Assembly (NCBI GenBank): GCA_036172245.1
Contig: JAYWIR010000014.1
Span: forward strand, 1,488,001 to 1,552,000
Source: Raillietiella orientalis
Lineage: Eukaryota
Direction of reading: 5' to 3'
DNA length: 64,000 nt
The notes beneath the pieces were generated by a model that saw only the letters and a program-made list of their open reading frames with translations, did not search any database and had not been told where the DNA came from. Positions within the stretch are counted from its first letter, which is position 1, and each line of letters starts with the position of its first letter. Positions 38,151-51,494 of this stretch are shown piece after piece. The position numbers were made by a program, and so were the translations under genes.

Positions 38151-39907
38151 CAAAGAGAAGTGACTACCTTCGGGGTCCTTCTGGAGCGAATAGGGAAATT
38201 TATCAAGAGTAAGAGGAACAGAGTCTTCCTGGATTCATAGGGTGGCATTCATAACTTTCCCTCCGGAGTTCCCCCCAACTTGAAGAGTCACACCGAGATG
38301 TACGAGGGCATCTAGCCCTCCAACCACGAAGACTTTCTCGCGATTCGTCCTCTGCAAATCCGATCGGCCCTAAGCGGCCGTGCGATTGCTTCACTTCAGA
38401 TGCGGCGGTCATCATGGGAGAGGGCTCTTTAGTCTCCTGGGAGTCTGCGTTTCCCGACGCACGCGGGGAAGCGGTCGTGCAGGATCGATTCTCGAGTCCG
38501 ATTCACAAAGGACTCTCGGAACGGATTTGAGAACATGAATATTTCGAGGAAAGCCGCAGATGTACATGATCCAGGAATAAAATCACGCGTTCTCGAATCC
38601 CCCCCCCCCCGAACATCGTGGATGGCCATAAATCGAAGCACCTTGTAAATGTGAACGGCGATTTATTTTCAGTGGTAGCATTAAAAGCAAGCGGCAATAA
38701 ATAACGCCTGCAATACGGAAATGGGGCGAAAACTGCAAAACGCTGCTAAAGCGGATCGAGGAGGCTCAGATCCCTGCGGAGAGTTCTGTGGCAAATTTAT
38801 CATGTGACGGGAACACGTTTGCGTGTACGGGTCGGAGAGTGCACTTTCATGCGAATTTCTGCTAGAGCTGTGAGCCGCGGCTCACAACTCCCCAACGAGT
38901 GCAGAGTGATGTTGCCGCCAAGTTCGTTTCATCCGCCAGGGGCCACTTTTGGTCAAACTGTTATCAGGCCGAGATCCATTTTGTCGAGGCAGCAATGGCC
39001 GCTCTGTGTACATGAGGTGTGTGATTGCCGTGATCACTCGTTTCAGGTAGTTTACGTACCTGAACGAGATGAACAAATATGAAGCCACAGAAGATCCTTT
39101 GCGAAAGTGATCGAGTGAAAAGGAAGCCAAAGGAACTCGCAAACAATGCCAAGAGCTCCCGTCTTTCAGCTGGCAGTTGACCACATTCATTCCGGGTGGG
39201 AACCCAGCGTGGAATAAATCGATGCTGGTTAACTCTTTTTAAGGCATATTAGGGTGTTCTTTGTTTCTGACCTGCAGCATTGTGATCACGAGTTGTTTAG
39301 GGTAAGGACGTGTGTCGCCAGATTCTGTGAAACGAATTGAAGCAGTGGCCACCAGGAGGCAAACGCTTTGATAACGCAGCATCGCGTTCGGCTGAGGTTC
39401 GGCAACGTTCTGAAAAAGAACGGAAAAGTGCATTTCGTTAGACGGAAAACACTAACGAGCACGTGAAAAGAGACCTCAGTGTCTGAAGAACGTTTTGCAC
39501 GAACGCAACAAACTTAAGTAAATGTGACACTGACGGCAACTTCGGAGGGGGGGAGGGTGCTTTTCAGAGTAGCAAACATCTCTTTCAGGGGTGCAGTTAC
39601 TGCAGGTAAGTCTTCGGTAGGAAATTAAATCATAATTGACTGCCTGAATTGCGCGATCAGTTTCTGGTCCATGGGACGTTTGTTGCGTATTCGTGGTCTC
39701 TCCTGTCTCGCTAGCGGAAGAGTTGCAGCCGAAATGATGACGCAACGAGCGTTTCCCATGGTGAATTCCCGTCGCGTGGAAACAGCAACGACGGCATTGT
39801 TGAAAGTACTGCAAAAGCGCGGGAATCGATTTGAATGGAAGCATCAACTAAAAAAAGCAAGTCGATAGCCACAAAAGTCCCCCCCTCCCATCCTTTTCCC
39901 CCTCCAT

Positions 39908-39935
39908 AACAACAACAACAACAACAACAACAACA
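39908..39935 (+). repeat. (AAC)9 microsatellite
   Basis: Directly visible. Confidence 0.9.
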
Positions 39936-42900
39936 GAGACGAAACGAAAACAAATCGAACTCGCGATTGGCAAACATCACTTTTTTGTTTTCTCTTTGAA
40001 CACGTAAAGGCAAATACTCAGAGCAGGATCGAATCATCATTCCATGCGAGATTTTTTCTGATCGTCCCAACTGTTTTCCTTTCCACGTGACCTCACGCGT
40101 TTCGTTTCCAAAGCCCAAGTGGTTTCCACCAGCAATGGTCACACGGCTGCAGAACGCTGCCACGGGAGATTGCAGAGGTGCCGTGCTCGCGTACCTTTCG
40201 TACGAAGCAGAAGACAACAGATGATGATCGCACCAGCAAATACTATTTAGCAATCTAAGCATTGGGGTGTGCCGTTAAACCGCGGCTGCCGAGATGCCGA
40301 CTGAATGAGTTTTCTAAGCGTACTTTCCCCGAAACAAATGAGAATGTTCTTCTGAAACTCCTTCTTCATATATACATATATATGTACACACACGCGCGCA
40401 CACACGCATTTAAAAGCCACCTGCATAATGAATGAGCCTATCTAATTGCAACAGATGTTGATGTAAATCTTGGAGCCTGAGTGTTTGTTTCATATTTTCT
40501 TTTCTTTTTTTGAACCGCCAAGCAAACTCTTTTATTCATGATCGCAGTGAGCGATGCTGTAAATCAAACATCAAGTAATCTGGAGAGTTAGCAGGTGTTT
40601 CATAGCGCCTAATGTTTTTCGGCAAAAGAAGACAAATCTTCCCTTTGCTAACCTCAATTAAGGGACATTAATCCTACAAATGATGAAATCGAAATTGCAA
40701 GCTCATCTTTGATTGTGCCGATCACCAAATGCCTGAACGGAACAGAAATTTGGAGCTGAGATTTCTGACTGGATTTCAGCCTCATGTTAAAACAGATTAG
40801 CTTCCTTGTCCTCGTTATGGATTTTTTTTTTTTTTTAAAAAAAAAGGAAAACATGTAAATTACCCAGCGTCGATTAACGAAATTACGTATCGGTTTTTGT
40901 TCGTTCCTATATACTGCGCTTGCTTCGGACTGCAACGGCATTTAATCCTTCGGTTGAAAATTTTCTAACGAGCCATGATTCAAACCATCTGCGGAGCGTT
41001 CTCCGAGGTTGCCAGGGAACGGCGCCACAAGGAAGCAGCAATGCGTAGCTCTCTTCCTTTTGGGTGATCCTCTTTTCCGTTGTAGAAACGTTCCTGCATC
41101 TTAGAGTGATCGAAAATGGGGAACAGATGTTCAGATGCGCGCTCCTCCATCTCCTCGAGAGCGTGGGGGCCTTCGGTGGATGCTCAAGGCCTGGATCGAG
41201 GTGTCTAGACGCGTGGGATTTTCGGGAGAGAACCCCTGTGGAACCGATAAAAGTGAGAGACCGGACTCAACGCCGGAGCCTTTGGTGTTTCCTCCGTGGA
41301 TTTGTGTAAGAATTGCCCTGGTGACGAAGCGCGCAGCCGATACCAGAGCTCCCGCGCGCGAGACCAAAAGGTTCGGGAGGGCACTTTCGCACGAGCAGAG
41401 AGAGCGCTAAAAGTCGCACCCCCCTTTGCTGCTGCTGGGAGGGGACGGGGATCGCTGCAACCGAAGCCACCGTTTCCCCTGGTGGCCAGGAGGTCAAGTG
41501 CTCCTCGCGAGGACGCACCGGCGAGGAATCCGTGACCACCGAATGCGAGATTGCAAAAAGCAAGGGTCTCCCTTCTTCGTCACCCCTTCTTCCACGCCGT
41601 TCGGCGGGCGGTCGTCCACCTTCGGACGAACTGCGGCCTCCGAAGGAACGCCGTCCTCGGCCCGCGGTAATAACGTGGGACTGGGATGAAGTCGCTAGAA
41701 CACTACGCGGAAACCGTGGACACGCGGCAACTCCTGAAGGGCGCCAAGGACTGGGATAGGTAGCCGTTTGGGGGGCGGAGCCTACTCGGAGCTGTTGAGC
41801 AACCTGATGTCAACCCCCATAGGCAAACCAGGAGAGTGCGTGAGCGTCAATCCACACCTGGAAGAGGAAGCAGGCACTAGCACCAACTTAAAGCACTCAA
41901 TTCTCTACAGGGAAATGTAAGAAGAGAGGTATGGAAACTGGTACTTTAATGATCCTTCTTCGTTCAGCGGCAGACGTAGCAACGGACATGCCGAAGACCC
42001 AGACTGATTATCCAGGATGCGAACCCATCATCGTCGGTGAGCTCTCCTGGCAACACATATGTGCCCCGGCCTCTCTACGCCAGAAGGAAAACGGGGAAAA
42101 CTCTCCGGGAGAACCAAAGCCGCTAAGGGCAGCAGCTCTTTGCCGTGCCACCCAGCAGAAGAAAAGCACCTGGCAACCAGGAAGGGGTGCGTGGTGGGCG
42201 GCGCGTTCCGCCAGCTTGGCAACAAAGGCAGATTCGGGGTGGGCTGGTCAGGACACGTCCGTGTTGTTTCCCTCCCTCCCACCTTTCCAGTGTGCCTTAC
42301 TCCGAGAAAGGATGCCAGCTGTTTGGCAGCCACTCGAGCCCCTTAAAGGGGTTGCTGGCGATCCGGAGACGTCTGCCAGCTCATGCAGCCTGGAGACAGC
42401 CTTCCTCACGATGTCTCCCGACAGTTCTCATTGCTTCTCTTCGTGCAAGCTCTCCCGTCCTCTTGAATCGATCTGGCAGCCAGAGCACCCTTTGACACTT
42501 GCCCTCCCCTGAAGACACCCTCATCGATGTTGAGCTGTCCATGCCGGAAAACCGAGGTTGCCGCGGGTCTCTTTCTCGCCTTCCTTCTGTAGTCCCGGAA
42601 AGAAACAGTCAAAAGTGGAGCCGCTCTGATGCCGCGAGAGAGGGCGCTGCAGGTTCCTGGGAGTCGTTTCCTGGAAGTTCCAGCTGCTCGGGTGCCAAGT
42701 ACGGAATTCCGAGACTGGTTAGGGGAGGGCCGAATGCTGTCCTCCCAAACTATCCCACTTCCTCCTTCCGACGCCAAAGACATCCTTCTTTCCCACTCGA
42801 GGAGGTCGGTCCTGTGCTTTCCCCTTAAGCTCGGGATGCCCACTCTGCTTCCCGTTGCATCTGGTAACCTCTTTCGAGCGGAGCACTCTCTTAAGCTGAA

Positions 42901-45900
42901 ATTCCAATTTCTAGGATGTCCCAGTGCACAATTCCTCGTCGACTGAAGCTCATTCTTCAGGGGCGGAACTGCAGCGCCTCATTTCGTACAGGCTATCCCT
43001 CGCCAGTCGGAACGAGGACTGCTGGGGAACAACCACCAAGTAGAGTAGACGCGTCGTCTAGAGTCGACGCAGAGGAGAGCAGAAGTCTTCCTGTCTCCAG
43101 CGAGGGGAAACTCAGCCGTTGGAGGGCCCATATCTCTTCCCTACTTACGTTCCGGGAGCGAGAGCACCAGCCGAGGACGCCACGGAGCAAGCCCTTGAGA
43201 CGGAGAAAATGAAGCTCCTTCCTCAGAGGAGCCCTTCAGCAGAAACATCGTGCGAAGTGGAGGCATCTGCAAGCGAGCATTAGAACTACCAAGTGCGGCT
43301 GTCTCCCGGCAGGGCGGACTCGAAACACCTCCGAACAAACTCAAGGCTCCTTGGAGAAGTGTCCAGATGTCCGTCCCAGGATGCTCGCAGAAGGGAGCCT
43401 CCTAGTTTTGGGAATCCTTCGATTCGTCTCCCTTTCACTTCCCTGTCTCTTTCCCTACTCCCCATCCCCGAATCCGGGTGGGGATGGGTTCTCTTCCCCT
43501 ATCTCTCGGTTACGGGAGCATCTGGTTCTGAGTTCCGAGAGGGGTCCACCTGTACGGAAGGAGGGGGAGGGACAGAGTGGTGGTGCTTCTCTCTCTTCCT
43601 TCTCCTTCCCAGTGAGCTCCCCTCCCCTTGCCGGGCTCTCAGGCCTCTAGTCACGTGGCCGGGGTGTTTCACACTAGTGAGGTTCTCTGCCTCCTGCTAC
43701 TAGTGAGGCACATCCTCACTCACCTCCTCCCGGAACGCCGCAAACGGGAAAACGCGCGATACTGATCCCTTGCAGATGGAAGGTCAGCATATAGGAAACC
43801 CCTCTTCCTCCTTTTCTGCGTTCTTCGAGAGCCGGAGACGAGCGATCCGGCCGAAGCGCGTGTTAAGGAGGAGAATAGGGGAGAGGAATAGACATGCCCT
43901 CTGCTTTGTTTGTAGGTGGAAGCGCTACCATGGAGTGCCCCTTGAAGAATCATTGCCATCTCTTCCTTGTCCTCAGTTCTTCGTAGGGAGTGCTGCCGGC
44001 CCTGAGCTCTTCCCTTCATCTGGTTTCCAGCAATCTTCCCAATGTGCTCCACTCTGTTGTCCCCACAAAGAGCGCCGGGATGTCAGGCGAAGGGAGGACC
44101 TGCCGGGAGCTGCTTGACAAGCATTTCCCACGGGGGTCACCGTCACGGGATTCGCTCTTGGGAGTAGGGGCGGATTCCCGATGTGATCTTGATCCTCTTA
44201 TGGACCGCATCCCCTCCCACTAGCTCCATCCCTCTCTCTTCCAGAGACGTACATAAGTCCAGGGGTGCCATCCCCTCTGGCAAGAGGCGTGATCTCTGTG
44301 CGCAGCCTCGACAGCTCGGCGAGATCGATCCCTTCCATCGGTATGCAGACATTCTCAGGGCGTAGCGGGAAACAGGAGGATGCTAAATGGACAGACAAAG
44401 GATCAGGAAAGGAGAAAATTTCTGGAACACTAGGAGAGCTGCTTCAATGGCTGCTCTCCAAGCCATGCCACCCCGGGAACGGCTCTCGCGCCCGCCAATT
44501 GGGTGGATTGAGCTGTCGCTGTGGCGTCGGTATTCTACGCCGACACTGACTACGGGAGGTGGGGAGGATCCTGAAGGAGGGAACCTGACAGAGGTGTTCC
44601 AGGCTTCTTCTGGAGAGGGAAGAAGGGGTCCTCTCCGAGGGAGAAGCCTGGAACCTCACAGAACGTTCTTTCGCTCATCCTCGACCAAAGAGACCAGGAG
44701 GCAGGACCTCTGGATCCCTCAAGAGCTGCGCTGCCTCCGGAAGCTTTTCGCGTTTCCAGGAAGCTGCTCCTTCTTTGCAGCCGGAAGAGAATTGGTTCGG
44801 CGCTCTGTCGTCAAGGAGACCAAGAGGCTGCTTCCTTCCCCAGAGACGAAAGCGAGGGAAACTGGGGCTGCCTTCGCTTCCTCCCATAAAAGACCAGCCT
44901 CTTTCCACGGATCCTGGGACCTGCAAGAACTGCCGCGTCATGTGCCTTCTGTCTGGCATTGCATGCACCCCAGGATGCGGGAGTATGAACGATGTCGTTA
45001 CGGAGCATCCACGGATCCCGATGAGCCTTCTGAACTGAGTACCCCCGCCAAACGCTTCTCTCACGCTCTCATTCCTGAAGAGTTGGCTCTAACCACGATG
45101 CTCCCGGATCGTGTGGGCGCCGTCATTTCTTGATCAGGAGCTCTCTACGGACTCCTCTTTAGCCACAGAAGAGTTCCCGCCTCTGACCTGCTCCAGGGAG
45201 AGGGGGAAAGGTGTGAAAGGGAGGTGGTCGATCCCGGGATAGACACTCAAAACGAATTCACCCGTAAGGGGGGGAGTTGCGGGCAGGAAGCGGGAAAGGC
45301 AGGGAGGAGAACCTTTTCCGGAAGGCAGACAACGAACGGGAAGCAATTTTGGTATGGGCGGTCCTCACGGAAGGATGAACCTGGGGCATGTTGCTACGCC
45401 CAAGAGCAAGGACAGGAGCCCTTCTTTGTCTGCCTCGACCTCGCCCTACCGGCGGCGGCAGCGGCAGTCGGGTGACTTCGGTCTTGGGCAAGGAGGGCAT
45501 GCAACCCTGCTGCGGACACACGCGGCGTTCGCGCAGATGCGTGACCCGTCCGCAGGGCCTCGTCCGTGGTTGCCCGCGAAATCTGTGCCGGCAGACGCGC
45601 CCGAAGGAAATGCAGCGCTCCTGCGTCAAGATTGGCTGACTCTCCCGGGTAGCGCCGAACTTTCTTCCACCCTCTTCCTCCCCGTATTCACCTCTGTCTC
45701 GGCTTTCGGCGGAGTTGTCGTGATCGTAACGGTCATCGTCGCCTTCGTCACCATCCTTCTCGCGCCCCGCTGCACTCCGCAGGGTGTGGGTCGCTGCGAA
45801 GGCTGCCAGCTCTTCTCCGCACAACCTCAGGCTACCAGTACCGCTGCACGGATGTCTTCTGCCTAGCAGCAGGACCCCGATATATCCGCGAGTGGACCGA

Positions 45901-46569
45901 AACACCGGAGCAGTTTGTCACTCTCTCAGACGCCTCGCCTTCCCCACTCTCCCCTGTACGGCGGTCCTCCAGGATCTCTCTGTCCATGATGGCTTCTTCG
46001 TCGACGGATCGCTGCGTCTTTAGGACCACGCCCTTCTTCTGCGGAAGTCACTCGCACTCCACATCGTCCTTTGACGCCTTCGCGAACGAGTTCCAAGTTC
46101 CTTCTCTCCTTTCTGGAAGTCGCTCAGCTTCGAGAATGTCTCTTGGGTCACTGTCGCCATGGTGATGGCGCTGCCGCTGCCTTCGCAACCGATCTAGATC
46201 CCAGAGCAGCCAGGAGTTTCTGAAACGCAGTCACTTCCTTTCACGTGATTCCTTTCATGATTCCAGATATAGGAGAGGGACATGCCAATCGGGAAGGCCT
46301 TCCTCGTCCTCGGATCCTGCCGAACCTTTTTCTGTTTGCAGGAACTGCATCAGAATGGCAATGGCACGTATCTGTCCGGCCAGTTCGCATGCATCTCCGC
46401 AAATCAGCCCCCAGCTGCCATGGCGACTGCTCTATTCATGTGTTCTTTAGGATATACCAGCATCATTTCGCTCATTCAACATTCGGGTAAACGGGAGTTT
46501 CAGGACCGCGCGAAGTAACGCCGACAAAGAGTATCAGGCGGTCAGTGTCTTAGAGATTACTTGCATGTG

Positions 46570-46757
46570 ACCGCGTAACCGTGGTTTCCCCTTCTCCTGT
46601 CTTACGGATGCGTCGTCTGAACACCTTCATCTCCGTCGCTTTCATCCTTCCGCTCCATCCTTCCAATGTGCCATCCGCTTGCAATCTCTGCCGACGGCTG
46701 GCTCGAACTCTTTCGGGTCACATAGAGTATGCGGTTAACATCGACAGTCACGTGAGC
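46570..46757 (-). mobile_element. Decayed RTE-like LINE fragment (post-RT region)
   Basis: Minus strand gives TVDVNRILY and RMKATEMKVFRRRIRKT, resembling the RTE pattern YxTxVRPxLxYG...RLxAxEMKxLRRIxGxTR. Confidence 0.4.
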
Positions 46758-47041
46758 CGGAGGCAGCTGTGGCCGCATGCCCTTAGGCGAAGGTGCCTGG
46801 GTGGTCGCAAGCACTCAACTGAGCGGCAAAGCGGCTTCTCGCAGGCGGCTTCCAAGCGTGGTACATCCCCTGAGGAGCGGTCTCACCGACACCTTTGAAG
46901 GCGACGATAACGGGGTCCTCCCAGAAGTACGGCAGGGGGTGGAGTGCTACCACCTCTCGAGGGAGCACTAGACCTCTCTCCGACTCATGCTGAACTCCCG
47001 GGAGAGCCAGGAGACAGAGGGATTCCTGGAAGGCCACGGAG
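46758..47041 (+). repeat. ~285-bp dispersed repeat, copy 1
   Basis: Aligns by eye at high identity to the reverse complement of 52714-53012 (e.g. gcactcaactgagcggcaaagcggcttct and gaaggcgacgataacggggtcctcccagaag are identical). Confidence 0.9.
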
Positions 47042-50000
47042 AGCTGTATCCAGCGACGCGCGGTCCGAACCCTGTCCTGGATGGGTTAGAGGTTGCTGGG
47101 AGTTGCCCACGGCACTTTCGACAAACATCGACACTCGTCAAAGGAGACTGTGATTCCGACGGAGTTGAAATTTCTCCTCGCTCCTTAGTTGCTGCTCCCT
47201 GGAGGAACGCAGAGGATAAGGGGGCGCAGCCGTTATCCTTGAAATCAGTTTTTCAGGACGGAGGCAATCCACAACGAAGCAACTGCGCGGAACAGGGTGT
47301 AGACCGTCGCTCAGGTGAAGGAAATCAAGGGAGCCTGCACGGGGATGGAGGAGGAGAAACTGCAGGGAAGCCACAGAAACCTTTCGGCCTTCCGCCGCTG
47401 GCAAGCGGAGACAACTACGCTTGCGCGCTCCTTCCTGTTGCCGTCTCCTTCCGCAAGATTCCTACAAGATGCCTCAGGGTTTGCTTCTGCTCTTTGCCTT
47501 TGAATCGAGCATCTCCACAGGGACACCGCACCTCTTCGTTTCGCTGGCCTCCTCCCTTCCACCGAAAGCGGGCTCAAAGGAAGGGCTGAGCAGGCCGGAA
47601 ATGATACGTATCGGGACGCGTGCCGGCACCTCTGGCAGAAGACGAGGACGTGGCTGTCTGTACTCTCAGCTGCCTCGATCTTCCTCCGCGCGATCCGCAG
47701 CTAGAAATCAATCCGCACGGGAGGTGGGTTGTGCGGGGAAGGAGGAGGAAGAGGAATGGGAGGAGAGGAGAAAGGCAGAGGGCTGTAGCGATTCGGAGCG
47801 AACAGCGTGGCTTCGCGCCCGCATGCGCTCGGAGAGACGTTGGGCAGGAGGAAGATGAAGACCCGGAGGGAACGGTGTTCTTTTAACCACATGAGTGCTG
47901 ACGAACGGCTGGACGAGCGGTGGAACGGGATTGTTAGGTGGGGAAGTTCTCGCCAGCGCTCAGCCTCCTTCGGGCACACATTCACAGCACGTTGCTAGGG
48001 GACTCCAGAAGGAAGCAAGCGGAAGGACTCCCACAAGTCCTGGGAACAGGAATGGGAGCGCCGGAGAGCTCGACGACCAGGTGGAGGAAGGGCCGCGGGC
48101 TGTCCTCACAAAAATCCTGGCCTCGGTTCGCTATCGTCGCTGTCTTGACGATGGTGGAATGTGGAGCGCGCTGCTGCTGCTGCTGCTAGAAGGAGGAAGA
48201 TTCTAGATCTGTGAGTGCGAAGAGCACGAAAGGAACTTTCCACTTCCGGAAGGTGCTCCATGGTGCACGCGCGGCGAGCAGTCTCTAGAAGACATGGGCA
48301 GATGTACCCGTTGAACTGATGGCCGTCTCCTCCCGACCTCACAGGAACTCCTCAACGGTCCGACAGTTCCGTGAAAGAGAAAAAGGTGCTCCAACAAGTG
48401 TAGAGACCGGAGAGACTTGCAGCCGCGGAAAAAGTTTTCACTGTGGGTTCCCTGCTCAGGAGAGACACGCAGGGAATCATCCATCGTTGGTCGCCACGCG
48501 CGGTGTCTGATCTGCTCACAAGAGCGCCTCACCCGCGAGGGCTGCCGAACACGTGTGACCATCCTGCAACCTTTCTGTCCGTGATGATGAAGAGAATCGT
48601 CTTCTCTCGTTTCCGTTTTACCATGAGATGATGGAAGGAAAGGCGTCTCTCTCACTCGAGGAAGGTCAACAGCGAACCCGCTTCGTCTGGCTCTCATGCG
48701 CTTCCGACGTCGGCTGCAGGAAGAGGAATCCTGACGGGATGAAGAGCCGGAAGCCTCAGATGAAGCCGTTCTTTCCGTGTTGCCACTCCTTGGAGTGCCT
48801 GCTTGTGGAGCGCTTCTGGATTGTGACCGATTCCTGAAGCGCGAGTCGCCGGGCGTTGCAAAAGGAGTCGGTCGCTATCGTCGCCATGCGGAGACGGTCA
48901 CGGATGGCGACTCCGCCATTCGTGACCTTCAGGAAGGTCACGAATTCGAGTCTTCCAGGAACCAGGTTCCCCTGCAGGATTACGAGGACTGCTAGGAGCG
49001 TGGTGTATCCGGAAACGCAAGCTGAAGCCGAACGATTGGTCCTGCGGCTGGAAGAATCCTTCGGTCTTCCTCTTCCTTCCATCAGGATGAGAATTCAAAA
49101 GCAAAAATCGCCTCCTGTCCGTCATCCCTCGGGATCCAGGAATAGGCCGTAGATGACTTCAGGCTCTTGGTGAAACCTTGAGAAGCAGATGTTTTCCGTG
49201 TCGTGCTTCCCTGTAATGCAAGAATGCCCAAGGCCACCGACAGCGTTCGAGGAGAAGAATCTCTTCGATGGAATTTAGGAAGCCTCGTTTGGTGTTTCCG
49301 CGCTTCTTCGCACAACGGCGCAAGGAGCATCGAGGATAGGAATCATCAAGATCGCTCTTGAAAGGACATCTGCGGCAAATGGGTCGAAACCCATTTGCTA
49401 CAAGCTCGCTCAGCACCCCCGTGGTAGGACCAGAAGTCTTGCGGAGGCGGGGACCTACGGTTCCTTCGTTTTCAGAGAGCCTCTGTAAAGTACACTCTCG
49501 CAATGGAAAAGCAGTAGGGTTTGGGAGGAAGATGGCGACTGCGGCTGCAGAGCGTGCCACCTTCCCTTGTACCAAGAATGACGCGAAGACAGCGGCATCC
49601 GGTAGGCAAAGTAGAAAAACTGGCTGAAACCAACTTGAACGAACACTTTTCCTTGAGCAGGAAGATCATTTCAGACAGAAGTGTGTGACCCGTGAAGGTC
49701 GCACCAGGAGCTCTGTCTGATTCTGCTTGCTATTTGAGAGCACCAAGGAAACCAGCAGTCTCTTCCCGAGACTGTGCTTCGAGCACCACGACTGAATAGG
49801 CAGAGGAAACGTTCTTTGCAGCAAGGAGACAGAGGTCAATGTTCTCGGGTATTCCTCGTGAAGAACACTCGGGTGCAAGAGGAAAACTCCGGAATACATT
49901 CTAAGAACGAATGAGCTCTCCGACCTTAGAAATCGCTCATGGTCGAAGAGGCTCAATGGAGGGAGTTTTCCACGATGTTCCAAAGGGATGTTCCCTATCC

Positions 50001-51303
50001 CCCGATCCCTCACCTAGGGTTTGCACTCGAGATCGCTTCTGAAAAAAATCCAGCGCGACCTTCGTTGTGCTCTTCTATCTGCGAGGCGCTGCCTGTTCGG
50101 ATTCACCTCCGCGGATTGGCGGCAGAGATCAAAGGCGCGCCTCAAGAAGACATTCGCCCGCACCTCGCTTGCCTGTGCCTCACCCGCGCTCGCCGACCGT
50201 ACCCCAGCGGAGACCTGCGGACAAGGAGAGCGCTCTAGGAAGCGGAGGATCCCTGGCTGTCCTTCGAGGAAGTCCCGGATTTTGGAAGAGAGAGCCTCGC
50301 GCTGCGCTCGGGTGACGCCGCCAGCTCGCTTCCCGCGAATCCCGGCTCGACTTCCCCGGAGCGCGAATCGTGCTGCTGATCGGCTGCCCTTCGGCGCCCG
50401 GTGGTGATGCTTCGATCGGGCAGGAACAGGAAGCAGAGTACGCGCGACACGCCCGAGACAGAGCAACCCAGTCCGTGTTTGCTGCAGTGGTCCCCCCCCC
50501 CCTTCCTTGGCCTGCGGAGTTGCGACTAGCTCCCTCTCTGTGCGGTGCCCACTTGCATCCCCTCTCCCCCCAACCCGAAGCTCCCCATCTCACAATGAGG
50601 ACGAAAGCTGCCGTGACGACCGCGGTGTTTTTCCTTTGCAGCATCCCTGGTTCCTCAAAAAGTGACAGGTAAGAGACTGGGAAAGGGAGCACGAAAACGA
50701 TGCAGGAGTCCTTCCTCTCTTCCTCATTTCAAAGAGCTTGAAGCGTAGGGACAGACAGGGTCACGCGGCATGAGCTGGAAGGGACAGAAGGAGTGTTCTC
50801 CGAGAGAGACGTTCTAGGGATAAGTCCGACAATCTCTTTTCCCGAAACATCCCGACGGTCGGTTCATCTTTAACCGACTGGAGAGATTCCCTTGATCGGC
50901 TGCAGAGGATTCTGGGCAGTAAGACGGACTGACCTTTCTCTCGAGCCAGAGGTCGCAGCTCTGCCTCAACAGACGACACCCGACTTTCGAATAAGGGATC
51001 ACCAGGAAGGCGAATTCGGAGCATACGGTATTTCCTGTCTCCGGGCGGGTGTCTACAGGCAGAAGGTTCGCAGAGGTCTTTTGACGCGGCGTGCCACGGC
51101 CACTCAGCCCTTATGGAGGCCAAGACCGGGAAACTGGAAGCGAAAATGACCCTCCCCTTCAGATAGGAGGTTGGATAGGAGGTCCTCGGTGACAAGATCG
51201 GTGGCTCCATTGGGGAAGGGGTAGCGGTCTCCTCTTTTCCATCATCAAGTGAAATGGAAGGGAAATCTGGATGTGGTGTTCACGTGCTGTCTCTCATGCC
51301 GAT

Positions 51304-51494
51304 TGTCTCAGAAAGGAACCCCGAAAGGAACCTCTTCCTTATTCCCTCTGGAGGGACCCCCAGAGGGGATCGTTCCATCATTTCTCCTCCGGAGGACACC
51401 CCCGCAAGGGAATCGCTCCTGGTTTCTTCCTCTGAAGAGAACCCACGAAGGGACGCTTCCTAAATTTTCTCTGGAGGACGCTCCCCGAAGGGGG
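51304..51494 (+). repeat. Dispersed ~40-bp-unit repeat, copy 3 (about 5 units)
   Basis: Begins tgtctc like copy 1. Units follow ctctg(g/a)ag..ccc-g(c/a)a-ggg. Confidence 0.75.

Noticed and set aside
39671..39868. Peptide similarity LLKVLQKR.....W to LLKILQKR.....W in ORF 58241-58684
   Set aside because: Short match with poor nucleotide colinearity; expected by chance among six-frame translations of 64 kb.
43057..43068. tctagagtcgac (XbaI-SalI, pUC polylinker-like)
   Set aside because: Flanking polylinker sites are absent; it is part of a small local duplication, not vector.
45660..45770. Hydrophobic TM-like stretch (FGGVVVIVTVIVAFVTILL)
   Set aside because: Arises from gtc/atc triplet-like low complexity; no exon context or family motif.
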